The position numbers and the translations under genes are program-made. A stretch of DNA of 63,882 nucleotides, filler included, from Platydemus manokwari (lineage: Eukaryota), in assembly GCA_037951405.1 (NCBI GenBank). It is 5 parts of 5 records of this genome, joined end to end, with 100 filler letters (N's around TTAATTAATTAA, not from the genome) between each part and the next. Parts side by side here need not be neighbours in the genome. Positions count along the whole stretch, not along the records: positions 1 to 13,611 come from JBBMOY011671402.1; positions 13,712 to 23,871 come from JBBMOY011162547.1; 3 more parts are not named here. One strand, 5' to 3'. Below, piece by piece: positions 1 to 14,319 of the stretch (its first letter is position 1; each line of letters starts with the position of its first letter). The notes under the pieces were generated by a model. That model made no database searches. It was not told the DNA's origin and saw nothing but the letters and a program-made list of their open reading frames with translations.

Positions 1-68
<68 letters not shown>
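1..68. repeat. (AAT)n microsatellite at contig start
   Basis: Near-perfect AAT tandem repeat. Confidence 0.95.
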
Positions 69-457
69 TAAAGAAATGATAACGAAACTATCAAGAGCAG
101 TTTAATGTCTGTAATAAAGTTAATCAGTAAATATCAATAAAATTGTAAATTATAATTTATATAGATAAACAAATAAATATAAACGTCTTTACAGAATAAG
201 GTTGATAAATAGTGAACAAAAACCAGATTTATCAAAATAAATTAATCTAAGAATGATCTGAACCAATTATAATAAATTTGTGTTCTTACCTGCAATTATT
301 TTATTGAATATATATTGCAAATGAATTGAGAAGTTGAAACAATCAAAGCATATTTAAAAACAATATATTTAAGCAATTAGATAAATCATAGATATTTGAT
401 TTGTTTTAATGTTCGGAAAAACACGTGTTATTTTTGAAATAATAAATTTTGATTCAG

Positions 458-838
458 ACAAATAATATTTTTACTAGCGACCACGCCGAGATAAATGCTG
501 TTACGACAGCTAAAAGAGCATATTTTGATTATCTGCTCAAAAAACTTATTGATACCGAAGCTGTCGTTCTTCGATATATCAATCCATAATGCTGATAAAT
601 GGTTCCAGACAACAAATGTTTTCATTATATTTAATCAAATGAAAATGTCATTTGAATTTGACATGCTAATGAGAGCGGATGCCAAACAACTGTGACAAGA
701 ATACAGTAGTTTCTAAGAAGCTGTTTCCAATGAAGATATTGAGAAAATGTTTTTGGAAACTTTCTCTCATACTAAAGCGGTGTACGACAAGATTTTATTC
801 AAACAAATTAAATTGATCGCTTATATTTTCCTAATATA
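458..838 (+). pseudogene. Decayed coding exon, product unknown
   Basis: After a CAG acceptor reads TNNIFTSDHAEINAVTTAKRAYFDYLLKKLIDTEAVVLRYIN, then a frameshift, then HNADKWFQTT...ADAKQL*QEYSSF*EAVSNEDIEKMFLETF; GC is raised relative to flanks. Confidence 0.35.
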
Positions 839-2004
839 AATATATCTTTTTATTTAAAATAATCCCTTAAATATTAATTGGTTTCACAAAAATCACATAC
901 ATGGATTTTGAAATTTAATTGATTTAAACATGCTTGCAAGGTTATTTCAGATAAATGTGATTTATTTTATGAAATGACTATGGATGTATCCAAGGTAATT
1001 TGACCTATTTAAACCAGTTTATCAATTAAAAAATACGTAATCATGCGGTATTGTTTAACAATAAAGTATCGTTTAAGTGTTCCGTACGGGAAATGCATAA
1101 ATATTGCATTAAGTGACAAAAGGGAAGTAGGCTATAACGAACAGACTTGTACTAACAATTTAAGCAGAAAAATATTAATTAAAACAATAATGATAATTAA
1201 AATAATGATATAAACAATAACAATTAATATAATAATAATTATAATAACTTCCATAATTATTATCGAAATAATAATTCGAGAGTATGTAGTATGAAATCAA
1301 TTTTTAATATTATTTTGCTAATTATCGCACACAGATAATTTCGAAACAGAAAATATTCTCTCGTGTATGAAAATATCCAGAAGAACTTTTTCTTTCACGC
1401 CCTTCTAAAATAAATTTGATGGCATTTTTCATCGGTTATGGAATAATCAGATAGAAAATTGTATTCATAACTGATGAATTTATATAACCAATCAAGCTAC
1501 CACCATAAAGCTCAGTAAAAAAACACAAAAACTAGATAAGAACCTCCTGGGTGACTATTAAAAACATGAAGAATGTAAAAAAAAAGAAATTTCTTGGAAA
1601 AATTATATAACATTTCATTGACTTGACGTAGATAAAAAAAGTGATTCAATAATATTTTAAAGGGATAAATGAAAATAATAATTTTGTAAAAAACTATTAA
1701 ATATATTTAAACAAAATATTATTGGTGATATTAATTTGATTGTGAATCCTTCTTATATAAATATTTCAATAAAATATTATGTGCCAATAAATAAATCGAG
1801 AGATAAAAACATAATGACCTTATGGTTTTATTACAACTGAATTATTGGAAATCGTGGTTCAGATTGAGAAAAAAGACAGTCGTGTTAAAATAAATGACAA
1901 AACTAAATACAGATATTATCAGTCAAGCACATTTTTTGTTTTAATAATCTCAGATTAGAGATTTATGATTACTGAAAAATATAAAATAGGACCGAACCAA
2001 ATGG

Positions 2005-2172
2005 AGTGGAATCCATTTTGTGATGATTTTAAAATAAATTAAAAATTTTAAGTTTTATTTTTTTATTAAGATTTTGGATTTGTTTAAATAATCTAATTAA
2101 ATATAATTCTGCCCTGTGACTTTTTGATTCGTTTCAAACGCGCTTTTTATAAAGACAGTAGCGACTTATACA
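2005..2172 (-). mobile_element. Family A short LTR-like repeat, diverged copy
   Basis: Reverse complement begins TGTATAAGTCGCTACTGTC and carries AACGAATCAAAAAGTCACAG, matching the family motif AACGAACTGAAAAGTC. Confidence 0.55.
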
Positions 2173-2215
2173 TCTCAAGCGATAATTTTCAATAATTTCA
2201 CCTATCTGCTGTATG

Positions 2216-2548
2216 TGTTAGCCACTACTATTTCAATAAATATTATAGAACATGGATTAAGAAGTTTAACCTACAAGAATATATGATCAAAATATTTTAA
2301 AAAATTAATTAAAAATTTTATAATTATTTGTTATTTATTTAAACTTTAAAATCTTTAATTTTCTTCACATCCTTCCTTATTGAATTTTCTACTTTTTCCC
2401 TTATTTTTATATCAAATTCTCTTTATGTATCTATATTTTCCATTTATATCTTTTCTCTATTCTCTATCTTCTCTATATCTTGCATCTTTCTACACCATTA
2501 TATTTTTCTTATATTGATCTATTCCTGAATTCAATCCAAATCACGTTA
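2216..2548 (+). mobile_element. Family A LTR-like repeat, diverged copy
   Basis: Starts TGTTAGCCACTACTATTT; pyrimidine-rich body ending near AATCCAAAT, like 16020-16360. Confidence 0.45.
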
Positions 2549-5500
2549 GAAGCTACTGTTTTGATAGGTTTTGGGATCACTTTGGTTTATTTATAATATT
2601 AGTGGTTATTTATCTAATCAGTTTATAGTGTCCATTTTTTACTCTCATGTAGTAATTTGACTTTGGTTAATATTGTTCATCGCCTTAACGTTCTCGGCTT
2701 ATATGGAGATAAGTGGAACGGTGTAGATATCGATTTATTTAACTTAAACCTTATCAATGCAGGCTACATTTCCGTTTAATTGTTATTGGATTTTTTTAAT
2801 TTTAATTTTTTTATATAATCGGGTTGCTACTATGCGAATTTAATTGTTCTGATCATTCTTTTGGAAATGGGTTTTAACTTTATCTCATTATTATATTTTG
2901 GTTGACAACAAAATGATAAGTTTAACTATTATTAAACTTATCTAATTTATTAAAGCTGATTCCAATATTAATCTAAAATTATCATTCAATGATAATCAAT
3001 TACCATTTAATTAAATGACATTTAAATTTATTATTAAAATCAATATCATTAACTCCAACAGTTTTATAAAGTACTATCAAAGAGCAGGTCAACCAGTGAA
3101 TGTATATTTAACCAAAATATTCTAACAAATTATTTAAATGTATTTTTAATAATTTATTTTATTTAAACTGACCAAATATATATCTGTGTGTGTGTGCCAT
3201 ATAAATTCTTAAAGATAGAACCAACCACCGTTAAAACCGGAATATATTGTTTCATAAAGCGCATTTATATTTTTTTCTAACTTCTTATTTTGGGTTTCAA
3301 TAAACTCCTTGAAGCCAAATTAAACTTTAACTTTATTTTTAAAAGCAATACTAAATTATAAAAATTATTTGCTTTATCTGTGCAGAAATCAAAAAATAAA
3401 TTCCTTTATTGAAAATATGCCTGTAATAGTTTCTTCATTATCATATAAGAAATAAGATATACGAAACAGAATATTATCGAATATATAAACAACTTACTGC
3501 CAACTCTCTGTGAAAGAAATTTATTCTAGCAGAAACTGAAATTAATGCACACGAATGAGTTATCGGAATTGTCTATCAATATTTCCCATTGTATCGTTAC
3601 TTCGGTCGATATTGGCTCTTGTATAATAGACTTACTAATTCAACTTGTACTATTTTGGCACCAAGAGGCTCTCATTTTGATTTCATTCATTGACATTGGG
3701 TATTGAAATGACATACGGCTTTGCCTTAAGTGTAAAAATTGGAGTGAATTTCGGGAAAAATTTTGGTAAAAATTAATATCAATAAGGATCTATTTGTTTA
3801 ATTTTTCTTATCAGGTCATTTTGGTATCTGATTGTGAGAATCTATAATTATTCTGAGTTGATTGAGAAATTCCATTATTAATTAATAGAGAACTGGCAGT
3901 AAAAATAAATGTCGAGATATTATATAGATAACGGGGAACATACACTTGGGAAATATATAGGCAGCGTATTTCATATTTGAGTTAAATTTAGCTAAATACA
4001 AAAAACAAACCGATAGATAAATAAATGGTCTAAATAATGTCTTATGAGAGAAATGTTAATCGAAACAAAGTGCATTTGCAGTTCTTTGATAAGAATAAGG
4101 ATAAGAGCTGTAGAGAAGATGATTAAAGGACTTTACCCTAGAAAGACCAACAGTTAACCCATATTAAATTTAAAGTTTATTCAACAGGTTTTAAATATTT
4201 ATCTTTTACTTCATTTTGACCATGAATTTCTTTTTTATCATAAAACATTAAAAAGAAATGAAAAATTCCTATTGGATCACATAGATTAATATATTAAGGG
4301 ATTTCTAACCCATTAGACTTCCGAGTAAAGTTTTCGACTATTTCAGTGCCTCAGAATTATAATGAATTAATCTCATATTTTTAGTCCCAAGTCTGATTTT
4401 CGCTTTTGAAAAAAATAATCACTTGCCTTTGAAAGTCTAAAAGATGTTTCCTGTCTAGTGGGTATCAAATAGGATTTGAAATAAATCAAGTAGAAATGAG
4501 TAAGCACGTATTTTATTCATGATTTCATCTGACACTCAACGTTTATTGTGAAGTGCACTGACGGAATTTTGAGCATCTATGAGTGTAATATAACATATGC
4601 GTTAAAAAAACATACTAAAAGTTATTATTTGTGAAAATAAATAGCAGTTTGATAAATTTTACGCTTTTCTAGCAACCAACCTGTATATAATTAATTTACC
4701 ACTTAAAGAATTACAAATTTTTTTGTTAAAATATGATTAATATTTATTCTCATTTTATTTCTATTTTATGTTAAATTTAATAATGGTCAATATTTTCCTC
4801 GAAAAAGTTTTTATGTAAATATTTAAACATTGGAGGGTTGTTTTTACAAAAAAAATAATATTTCTTTCCACGGATAAAATTTAAACATCATCAATAATAC
4901 AGCTCGAACACATCTTTTTTGCCATCAGTAATAAATCACTTTAAAGTGTTATTAGGAAAATTTTTAATAAAGGCGGCTGAATTTAGTTTCAGAGCCAGAT
5001 TTTTTGCAATCAGCAGGGATAACTGTGATTTCAATGAATTCGAGCAGATTATTTAACAATAAATTTCTACGAAGCCAAATTGATATCAAAATAAAATCGT
5101 TTTCTTGTTGGAGTGAATGGATAATTTTTATAAAACTAAATATCTAAAACCCTTTCCATACAATTGATTTACAGCTCACATTTCATTTTATTTATTTATT
5201 ATATTAACACTATATTTCATAATTAAGGAAACACTTATTTACTGGTTTTCTTGAAAAATAATCGAAAAATGCTCATCTTCAGAATTAAAATATTAATTTT
5301 ATGTTTGAATGAACTTTCCTTCTTAATATAAGAAATTACTAATTCTGATTTCAGTGTTATGAAAGCTTCATAAATAAAAAAAGATAATTCAAATATGTAG
5401 TCTTCCGATAGCCCTGTTTCACTCTATTTGCCTAATAGGATATGACTTCAAATTAATCATTGATGAATTCAAACACACACACACACACTCATTTCATTCA

Positions 5501-6494
5501 CATTCACTGTCGCTTATTAATTAATCAGTATGTATTTTGCAAAATAATATTACATAATAAGATCATTTTATAATAAATTTAATAATTCAATTTCATTATC
5601 CTTGTCGACACTCCATTATTTTTCGATGTTTAATTTATATTTTTGTGTATTAATATTTTTCGCTTGGTTTTATTAATCCTATTTTTATAGCTTTTATATC
5701 AAACATGCTAAAAATATATCACAAATGATTGAAATGGGCGACATACAGTATAATAAATGATAATGCTTTGATCATTGTTCTTTATTTAATTGACCTTAAG
5801 AAAATCTGAAAAATTGATTACTGTTCTAATTTTTACATATTATCAGCCAAAAATGCGAATAACTACCAAAATCTGACCATTATTATTCATGAGGTTAACC
5901 TAAATGGCATTATAAGATTCTATGATTTGTTAAGGGAAAATGTAACAAATTTCTCAACAATTTTATTGTACTAATTCGATACCAATAAATGAAGACGATT
6001 TTGATTTTCAGAAGAATATTGATACTGTGGAGCAAGTTAATCAATGCATTTATATTTCCCAACCGATTTGTCTTTCAGATCAGCCACGTAATCGAAATTT
6101 TAAAAAAATCAAAGTTCCCACTACCCAAACGACTGAATCAATATTGAATTTATGTGTACCTCTGTGAATATTTCGCCCCAAGTATTGACTTTGTTTCAAT
6201 CTATCATTATAACATATATATGTTACGGTAGGACTCGAATTCAAAAATAACACTGTCTTTAATATTATTCACACTCTATTAGAAGTTAATTTCAAATCAT
6301 GTATCAAAGAAAATATTGAAATCAACGCAATACATCGAGATAAACAAAATATATTTGAAAAAAACTGAGCACGAAAAATTTCAAAAGAAATTAATGATTT
6401 TCGAAATTGAATTTGCGGTATTTAACGAAACGGCAGCATATCAAGATATGAGATATTATGCTAATTTTTGTTTAAAAATGTCGATACAAATGAT

Positions 6495-6583
6495 ATTATT
6501 ATTATTATTATTGTTATTGTTATTACCATTATTATTATTGTTATTATTATTATTACTATCATAATTATTATTATCATAATTAT
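6495..6583. repeat. Imperfect (ATT)n microsatellite next to the gap
   Basis: ATT/GTT/ATC triplet run; it explains the spurious poly-I/poly-L ORFs. Confidence 0.9.
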
Positions 6584-6832
6584 NNNNNNNNNNNNNNNNN
6601 NNNNNNNNNNNNNNNNNNNNNNNNNNNNNNNNNNNNNNNNNNNNNNNNNNNNNNNNNNNNNNNNNNNNNNNNNNNNNNNNNNNNNNNNNNNNNNNNNNNN
6701 NNNNNNNNNNNNNNNNNNNNNNNNNNNNNNNNNNNNNNNNNNNNNNNNNNNNNNNNNNNNNNNNNNNNNNNNNNNNNNNNNNNNNNNNNNNNNNNNNNNN
6801 NNNNNNNNNNNNNNNNNNNNNNNNNNNNNNNN
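6584..6832. other. Assembly gap (249 N)
   Basis: N run. Confidence 1.
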
Positions 6833-9800
6833 CAAAACACTAATATAAATATATAATTTTAATTTAAATAATAGCAAAAGAGCTAATTATTTTCAAGTGA
6901 TAAACCAAAATGTTTTCCATTTGTCATCTTAGATTGAGATTTCAGCACGTCTGGATAGTCTCTGTGTTTGGAAATCTGGCTCTGTGCGTGATTCGATGAA
7001 ATGAATTTGCTGATTTAACATCATTGTAAGTGGTCCAAAATGGATGTTTATAATCGGTGTGTGCATACATACTCGAAATGAATCAAGAAAAAAATGTTCC
7101 AATAATTCAAATGGTCGTTATTTTATTTATTTTTGAATTCTTTCAATTTTGGCAACAAGACCATTGTCGGGTACAAAATAAATAAAACATTGAAAATGAC
7201 AATGGTTCTAATCAAATCAAAAAAATAAACAACATAATAATGATCACGATATTTAAAGACACAGTTGTTAGATTAAAGATAGTTTACCATATAGGAAATG
7301 TCTAATTAGTGATGACTACTTAAATTATTGTACGACTTGTATCCATAGTTTTAGATTCAGAATTTTGTATTTTTAAGCTTTTATTAGCGGATAAACTTTT
7401 TGATAAGTTTACTCAGTATGTGAAGATCTGTGGGTAAAAATCAATATCTATTAAATATAAAGAGATTTCTACACATATTTTATGAAGATCAAAATTTAAG
7501 CAATTCCTTACCGTTTTCACTGAAATTTTATAATACAGTTTTATAAATGCTAGTTTTATTTTATGTTTTTCATTTTATGTTCTAGACATGAAACATGTTG
7601 TAATGGCTTCTACTTATTGTTATTATCTTGACAAGAGTTATTGGCAAATCTCAAAGTAAAATTCACTATCACATATCGACAAAAAAGAAAAAAATATGAA
7701 TACATATGAATAAATTTTCTATGAATGGAGACATTGTTACGAATCAGATAATGATTCAGATTATCAGAAATATCTTGTCTTAGGTCATAGCAAACCATCA
7801 AATAATTCATTTCAAATATTTGGAAGTTATGATTTTATAATTATCAGCCATGTTTCTTGTAGAATATCCATGGTTATTGGATATTTTCTATGAAACTCAA
7901 AGAAAATGAGATCTACAACCTATCAATTTGTTTTACAATAAATAAAATATCGGTTTGTATTCCATTTCCTTCTTGTCCTCTTGACAGACTGCAAACTAAA
8001 TGATGATTTTTCTCAGTGAATATGAGTTTCATCACATTTCAATGTTAGGTAACTTATCATGATATTCTTTCTAGAGGAGCTTACATATTTTTGATTATGT
8101 ATCTGTAATACCAAGTTTACATCTCAAAAATTGATAATTCTCATAATGGAAAGGTTTGGTATGTGTCATAAAAATTGACATTAAACCTAAATATTTGCGA
8201 AATTTTTTATTGCGTTTAGAATTTCTTATTTTAAATTATTAAAGGTACTTTTTTTAAAAGCATTTTGAGTCATTTTTGAAAGAATTAATCATAAATCTAT
8301 TCAATTTTTTAATTCGTGTACGAATATTTTTGATACCAAACATTCAAACATACACAACATATTATACATTTGTCATACACACGTTCCGGTATACATTTAA
8401 TGGGTTTATTCTATTCCAAACTAGGGAGCATAACAATTACACACTCACTCAGGATTTACACAGTGACTCCAATAAATTCAAATAAGGATTCTAATGAACA
8501 GACAAACAACATAATCTTGGTTACACGAATTTCGTTTTATTGTTTTTGATTGGTTGATTAGACTTGTATGTATGTTTCAGTGAGACCTTGTGTCGAGTTT
8601 TGTAAAATAGTTATTAGGGTTACTTGAGGTAAACTTTTTGGTCATCTTTAGTATAACCTTAACGCTAAAATAACATATAAACTTTCATGTAACCTTAGCA
8701 AAAACACAATTTTTTCATGAAAATTTATAACTAATTAATATTCCTGAGTAACAAACTAAAAATAAAAAGAAAAAAATATTAATTTTACAAACTCACGTGT
8801 AAGAAAAAATTCCAAGATACAATAAGGATGAAATCGAAAAATTTCGGTAAAATTTAATTTCTTTTCTTAAACAAACATTTTTGGTTTCAACTAAAAAGTA
8901 ATTATTTAATTTTTAAGATTGGAAAAAAGTAAGAATTTACCAATTAATAGAAATAATAGTTGATTTCTATAATTGGTATTGATTTGCTCAATACTTGTCA
9001 TTAAATTCATTTTCAAGTACAACTATGGCTCCGTTGGAAATCTTAATTCGTTCTGTTAATTGGAGAGTAAATTAATATAGCTTTGTCAGAATTCGAAATT
9101 TCGTTTCCTTGAAAAAGTTACAATAATCACGCATCAACTATACTTACAAAATGTCAAATTTTTATTTGAAGGTTTTTTTTTCATTAAATCAATATATTAT
9201 TTCTTTACATTTTTCTTTATTATTTTAAAAGTTGTTAGCAGTTTTTTATTTAACATGCTCAAAGGACCATATAGTCATTGGTTTGTTTTGTAGTACGTAA
9301 ATAAGTGTCTCGTTTAGTAATTGATGATGAACAACGATGGTTTCATCGCAGTTTAAGAAATACTTGTTAAATAATCTTTGAAGATAGCGCTCTAATAACT
9401 CATAGATGTTTTAATTAGTCAATGAATGTATCAAATTTCCAAATCGAATATGGTCGGCAAGATATTAATTTTATATTCTATGTTTGGGTATTTTTACTTA
9501 AACGATTCGATTAATGAATTTCTAATAAGCTTATTTTACTATACGTTAAAAATTTTTTTTAAAAAATTGTTCATTGTTTAACTGAGTTGCTTGGAATTAT
9601 CATTTGAATTCGCATTATCTGATATCACGTTAATTGCAATCAATGAATTTCTATTTGGATAAATTTATATCAAAGAAAAGCTTCTTTTTTATCATTGGTA
9701 TTAATTTATTCATCGCAAGAAATTAGAAATCGTAGTATCTTTATTCTTGCAGACAAGAATCAAATAAAGCAGTGTAATATGATGAGCAGTTGATTGATAT

Positions 9801-11059
9801 CTATGTATTCACGTCCAGTTCATTTAGGCCATTCAATTTCAATATAATAGTCAGATTATATAAATACAGATATAATATTATAGATGTTTTGAATTTATAA
9901 AGCATATAAAAATGATAATTATTATTATAGAGCTTTTATTTTATTATAGAAAAATTTATTAACGTTTTAAATGTAAAGATAAAGATTAACAATGAGAACG
10001 TTTGAAACTAGTTTTATTGAAATTAAATTTTTTAAAAATTAGTCATTTTATTTAACTTTCATTATCAAACTGAATTACTTTTTTTCCAAATTATTTCAAA
10101 GATGTTTTCGTTATATTTTTTCTATGAAAAAAAAGTTTTATTTAGACCTTTTAAAAATTTATTGCCTACCTTATCGTAAATACAGAATTCTCAAGGATTT
10201 TTATCTGACAAATTTCCACTTGTCAGTCTGACGAAAAAAATGCCATAAAATTAATCTCCTTTTACCAATAGATAATTTTGCGAAATTCATCAGAATCTCC
10301 AAATTGGATTTGGTAAATATTTAAGCAGTGTAGACGGCGTCTTTTTGATTCCAACATTATCATTTGCTGGAAAAACATTTTTGTGCAATAGCATGAAGTA
10401 TTGGGATTGTGAAAGGCATTGAATTGAATCATTTTTGATATATACAGTTATAAGTCGTCTCCATTGGAAATAATGGTAAGAGTCAATCAAATTTACAATG
10501 GCGCCTTAATTGAACGAAAATAATATTTGTAAAATAATGAGGAGGCCGTTATTGATAATCATATATTTCTCTAATACAATTAATTCAACTAGTCGACTTC
10601 TATTATCGACAAAGATTAGCTTATTGATTTTAATAAATACTTCATGAATTAATATTGTTTCATTAAACTTATTATAAATGGCGACGATTAATTTTAATTT
10701 TGTTTTATAAATAGTTTTATTCTAAAGGGATTGAAAATTATCTTCATAGTTCAATGAACGAATTAATATATTAATTGTGTTATTAGTTGAGTAGTTTTAC
10801 TTATAATAAGATAAGTACATGTTGAATGTATTTATCATTGGTCATATAAAAATGAAATTATGAACAATCTCAAACACACAAGCACACACATATATCTGTG
10901 TGTGTGTCTAGAGTGATCAATAGGAAACCAGTGACAATTAAATTATGCATGAACTCATTGAATATTTTAAAATGTCATTCTTCGTAATGCAATAAATTCT
11001 ATCAACTTTATAAATTCAAAATTTCTTATTCAAATTCAATTCAATTTCCATCACTCAAC

Positions 11060-11150
11060 GATGTCCAAAGACTAAAGAGCGTGTCTTTATTGTTAAAATA
11101 TATTTATAAAACAGGAAGCTTTCGAAAACTGACTCGACTTCTTGAATATT
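11060..11150 (+). mobile_element. Tc1/mariner transposase N-terminal relic (DUF4817-like)
   Basis: Frameshifted KTKERVFIVKIY / YKTGSFRK resembles the ERVFIV..Y..T.S helix-turn-helix start of mariner-like transposases. Confidence 0.4.
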
Positions 11151-11180
11151 TTTGACTACCGAAAATCAATTCTTTTCTTA

Positions 11181-11960
11181 CCTGATAGAATTTAATCGAT
11201 TGAAACTGATGTCGAAAAACCACATGTAACAATACCTCTTCAAATTAATTATGACAATAAAAGTTGGTGCTGTTGAATTCGTTTTTGTATTATTGTCAAG
11301 TAAAAATATTTTGAAAATAAAATGAGGTTTGAGATTCAATGTGGAACATCCTATATTGCACATACACACAGTTTTTGTTTTAATCAAATATTAAATATCT
11401 CAAGTTAATTGTCCTAAAGTGTTCTTGAAGGTATGTACTTTTCTCTTCAATGTATTTCGTTTGCCATTGTACTTCTCCATAATATTTCGGTAAACTGGCG
11501 ACTCACCTACTTTGATCAATGATGCCTATTTTTCAATAGACAAAGAATTTATCAGATCATTTCAACATTAATTGGCTTTGTTAATTCCCGCTTCAATCAT
11601 TTGGATGCCAATTGTCTTTCGAAGCTGACTTAATGTAATAATTAAACTACTTTATCAAGAAAATGAAAAAATCTCATATTTTCCACCATTATCTATGCCA
11701 TCAGCGAATTTTCTCAAAAATAAACTGTCATGAGGTTCACTCTTTCGTATTGGAATTATGAAAGATTTCCAATTTTTTTCGTTATAAACACGAATTCATT
11801 AACGGGAAAAGTTGTCAATTAATGAAATCGGATCGTTGGTTGGCAAACTTGAGCCAATACAAATTTCCCCGAGGCTAAGCATTTTATTTAATGACTTTCT
11901 GTAGATTAGTCATTCCATGTGAGATGGGTTGATTTGTTTTTATCAGCATCTGTGATGACG
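11181..11960 (-). pseudogene. Decayed multi-exon gene
   Basis: Minus-strand donors (CAG|GTAAG at 11180, TAG|GTGAG near 11506) bound coding-like segments with internal stops, e.g. KSLNKMLSLGEICIGSSLPTNDPISLN*. Confidence 0.3.
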
Positions 11961-12489
11961 TGGGCATGGATGAAAGTTGTTTCTTTTTAGTTTCTTTTGG
12001 AGATTTCTATTTTCAATATTCTAATTTATATTATAGGTGTATTTGGTCTATTAAAGAGTCGAACAATGGCGTATATTTTCTCATTTAGACGTTGGATAAT
12101 GTTGGGACGTGCTTCTTGACTGTTCAATTGAGAATCTTCACCACTCATTTAGTTAGGTGCGAAATTTATTATTTATTTCATAATAATATTCAATCCATAG
12201 ATTATATTTGGGTTGCTATGCAAAAATATTTCCTTTAATTTAAATATTCTAACACAACAGCTCGTGCTAATTAGAGAGCACTAATAGACAAAATTCTGTG
12301 ATCATTCCAACCATTCAACTGATTTGAAATCCACAAATCATATCACATTGAAAGTGGTCTATATCGACTTCGTTTCGCAACAAAAAAGTTGATCATTATT
12401 AAAACTATTAAATTGATGCTACAAAACATTAAAGCAAATACTGATGTTGAAACGAATGGTAAAATTCAGAGAGATTTAATGATGAAAAT

Positions 12490-12730
12490 CGTGGGACAGG
12501 ATTAGTCACTGGTGTAATTATATGCATAAGGCTCCAGTACTGGTATAACAGGAAAAAATAATTGGTTTATTTCATTTACCAGACTGATCGGACTCCATCT
12601 CATGCAATGCGACATGTCAAAGATTTTCGTTATACGTGCATCTATTTTCTGCTGAGCTTTAAGAGGCCAACAACAACTGGAAGAACATGCGACAACCTGT
12701 CAGAAAATTCCTGGTGATTCATATTTGTAA
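12490..12730 (+). pseudogene. C2H2/C2HC zinc-finger pseudogene (2 exons)
   Basis: Splicing out 12543-12582 gives RI(S)HWCNYMHKAPVL|TDRTPSHAMRHVKDFRYTCIY(F)LLSFKR, a frameshift, then QQQLEEHATTCQKIPGDSYL*. Two expected Cys codons are one substitution from TGT (AGT, TTT). Confidence 0.55.
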
Positions 12731-13611
12731 ATGGTGATTTATCACTCACAATATTTTTTTTGCCATAAATTTGTAGTCAGATTTTTGAGTCGTTAATAAT
12801 GCAGAGTAAATTATTCCACTCAACCGATCTTTATTGAAATAAACAACCAACGAATTCCCAAACGACAGACAACAAGACAAACGTTCGGCAGCCATAATTA
12901 ACATTCAATAGACTGTATATTAACTACTATTTTAATTTTATCACATATAATCGCAAAAAAAATTTTTTAAGAGTACTTGTCGACTAAAAAAAGCAATAAT
13001 TCGAATCTCAAGCAACAAATCAATGTTTTGTGTTAATTTTCAAATTTATTAATCTTAGGAAATTATTCCGAATGACTGGTAATGTTGAATGTAATTTCCG
13101 CTGCAAATGTGACATTTTATTTTGAAATTTTATGATTTTTTATGGTGAGGTAATGTCGAATTAGTAATTTTATTTCAGAAATTTTATACGTATATAGTAA
13201 GAATCTCTTTAAATGCATTCACTAATAAACAGTGAGGATTTTTTTCCCCTCCATTTTCCAAATTGGACGACTTCTTCTATGAAGAAACTTCGGAAAGAAA
13301 TATCGGTTCGGTTAGAAAATGTGAAAAATCAGCGGAATAAAGTGATTTAAAAAGAACAATTATTTGATTTCCCCACTTAAAATTATATTTGTTGAACGGT
13401 TTTTTATACCAGTAGATTTATCATGAATTCGAAATTATATTTAAATGATTTCATTAAATTTTAATGAATATGGAATATTAAAACAGTGAAGACATAATTA
13501 ATGTGTTATATAGCTGAAAAAATAGAATTCATAAAGATATTAATAAATATAACTAATAAAGAGTTATTAAAACTATTCCTGAAAAGATAATTTAACTAAG
13601 TCTTATAATCT

Positions 13612-13711
13612 NNNNNNNNNNNNNNNNNNNNNNNNNNNNNNNNNNNNNNNNNNNNTTAATTAATTAANNNNNNNNNNNNNNNNNNNNNNNNNNNNNNNNN
13701 NNNNNNNNNNN
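13612..13711. other. Artificial scaffold linker N44-TTAATTAATTAA-N44
   Basis: Identical 100-nt structure occurs four times in the window. Confidence 0.95.
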
Positions 13712-14319
13712 AAACCAATGTCTCAAATTTAAAATTACCATTATGAAGAAAATTAATAATTCAATAAATCAAATCTATAAATATTATGCGTCTAATACTA
13801 GTATAAAATCAACAAGAAAATGAAAAGTGATTTCATTGATAAATATATATATCTTTTTCAATATGACTAGAATTAACAATTCTCCTATGAATTCTGAAAA
13901 ATTTATTGATACAAAATTACTTCAACGAACAGATGATTGGGATTTTAGATTGCACGGAAATTTATTTTCACACACCATTTACATTTTCCAACGAAAATAT
14001 CGGTCGAGTGAAATCCAACCGAGTAATGACGATGAAAATTTCTTGATAAAATCATGATTGAAGTTTCCTTGCTGCACATGATGCACAAATTTGATAAATC
14101 TGACAATTTTGGGTTGTGAACAATTTTTACTGGTTTCTTATAAACTGCAGTATTTATATGGGATTGAAAATCAAATAAAATTCTAATTAAGTATTTTGCA
14201 GATAGTCATTCACTGTCTGATTTTTTTGTTGTTCCATTGCAAAGCGTTTATTAATGCTCGCCGACTTTTAAACGGTTTACAAAACAAACAACGATATTTT
14301 CTGATTATTTATTTTGACA

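Noticed and set aside
321-360. Similarity to 18358-18397 (ETIKAYL versus ETVKAYL)
   Set aside because: Only 40 nt in AT-rich DNA with no extension; compatible with chance
6316-6877. ORFs with poly-L, poly-I and X runs
   Set aside because: Artefacts of the (ATT)n microsatellite and the N gap
13656-13667. Recurrent palindrome TTAATTAATTAA as a biological site
   Set aside because: Always centred in N44 flanks; an assembly linker
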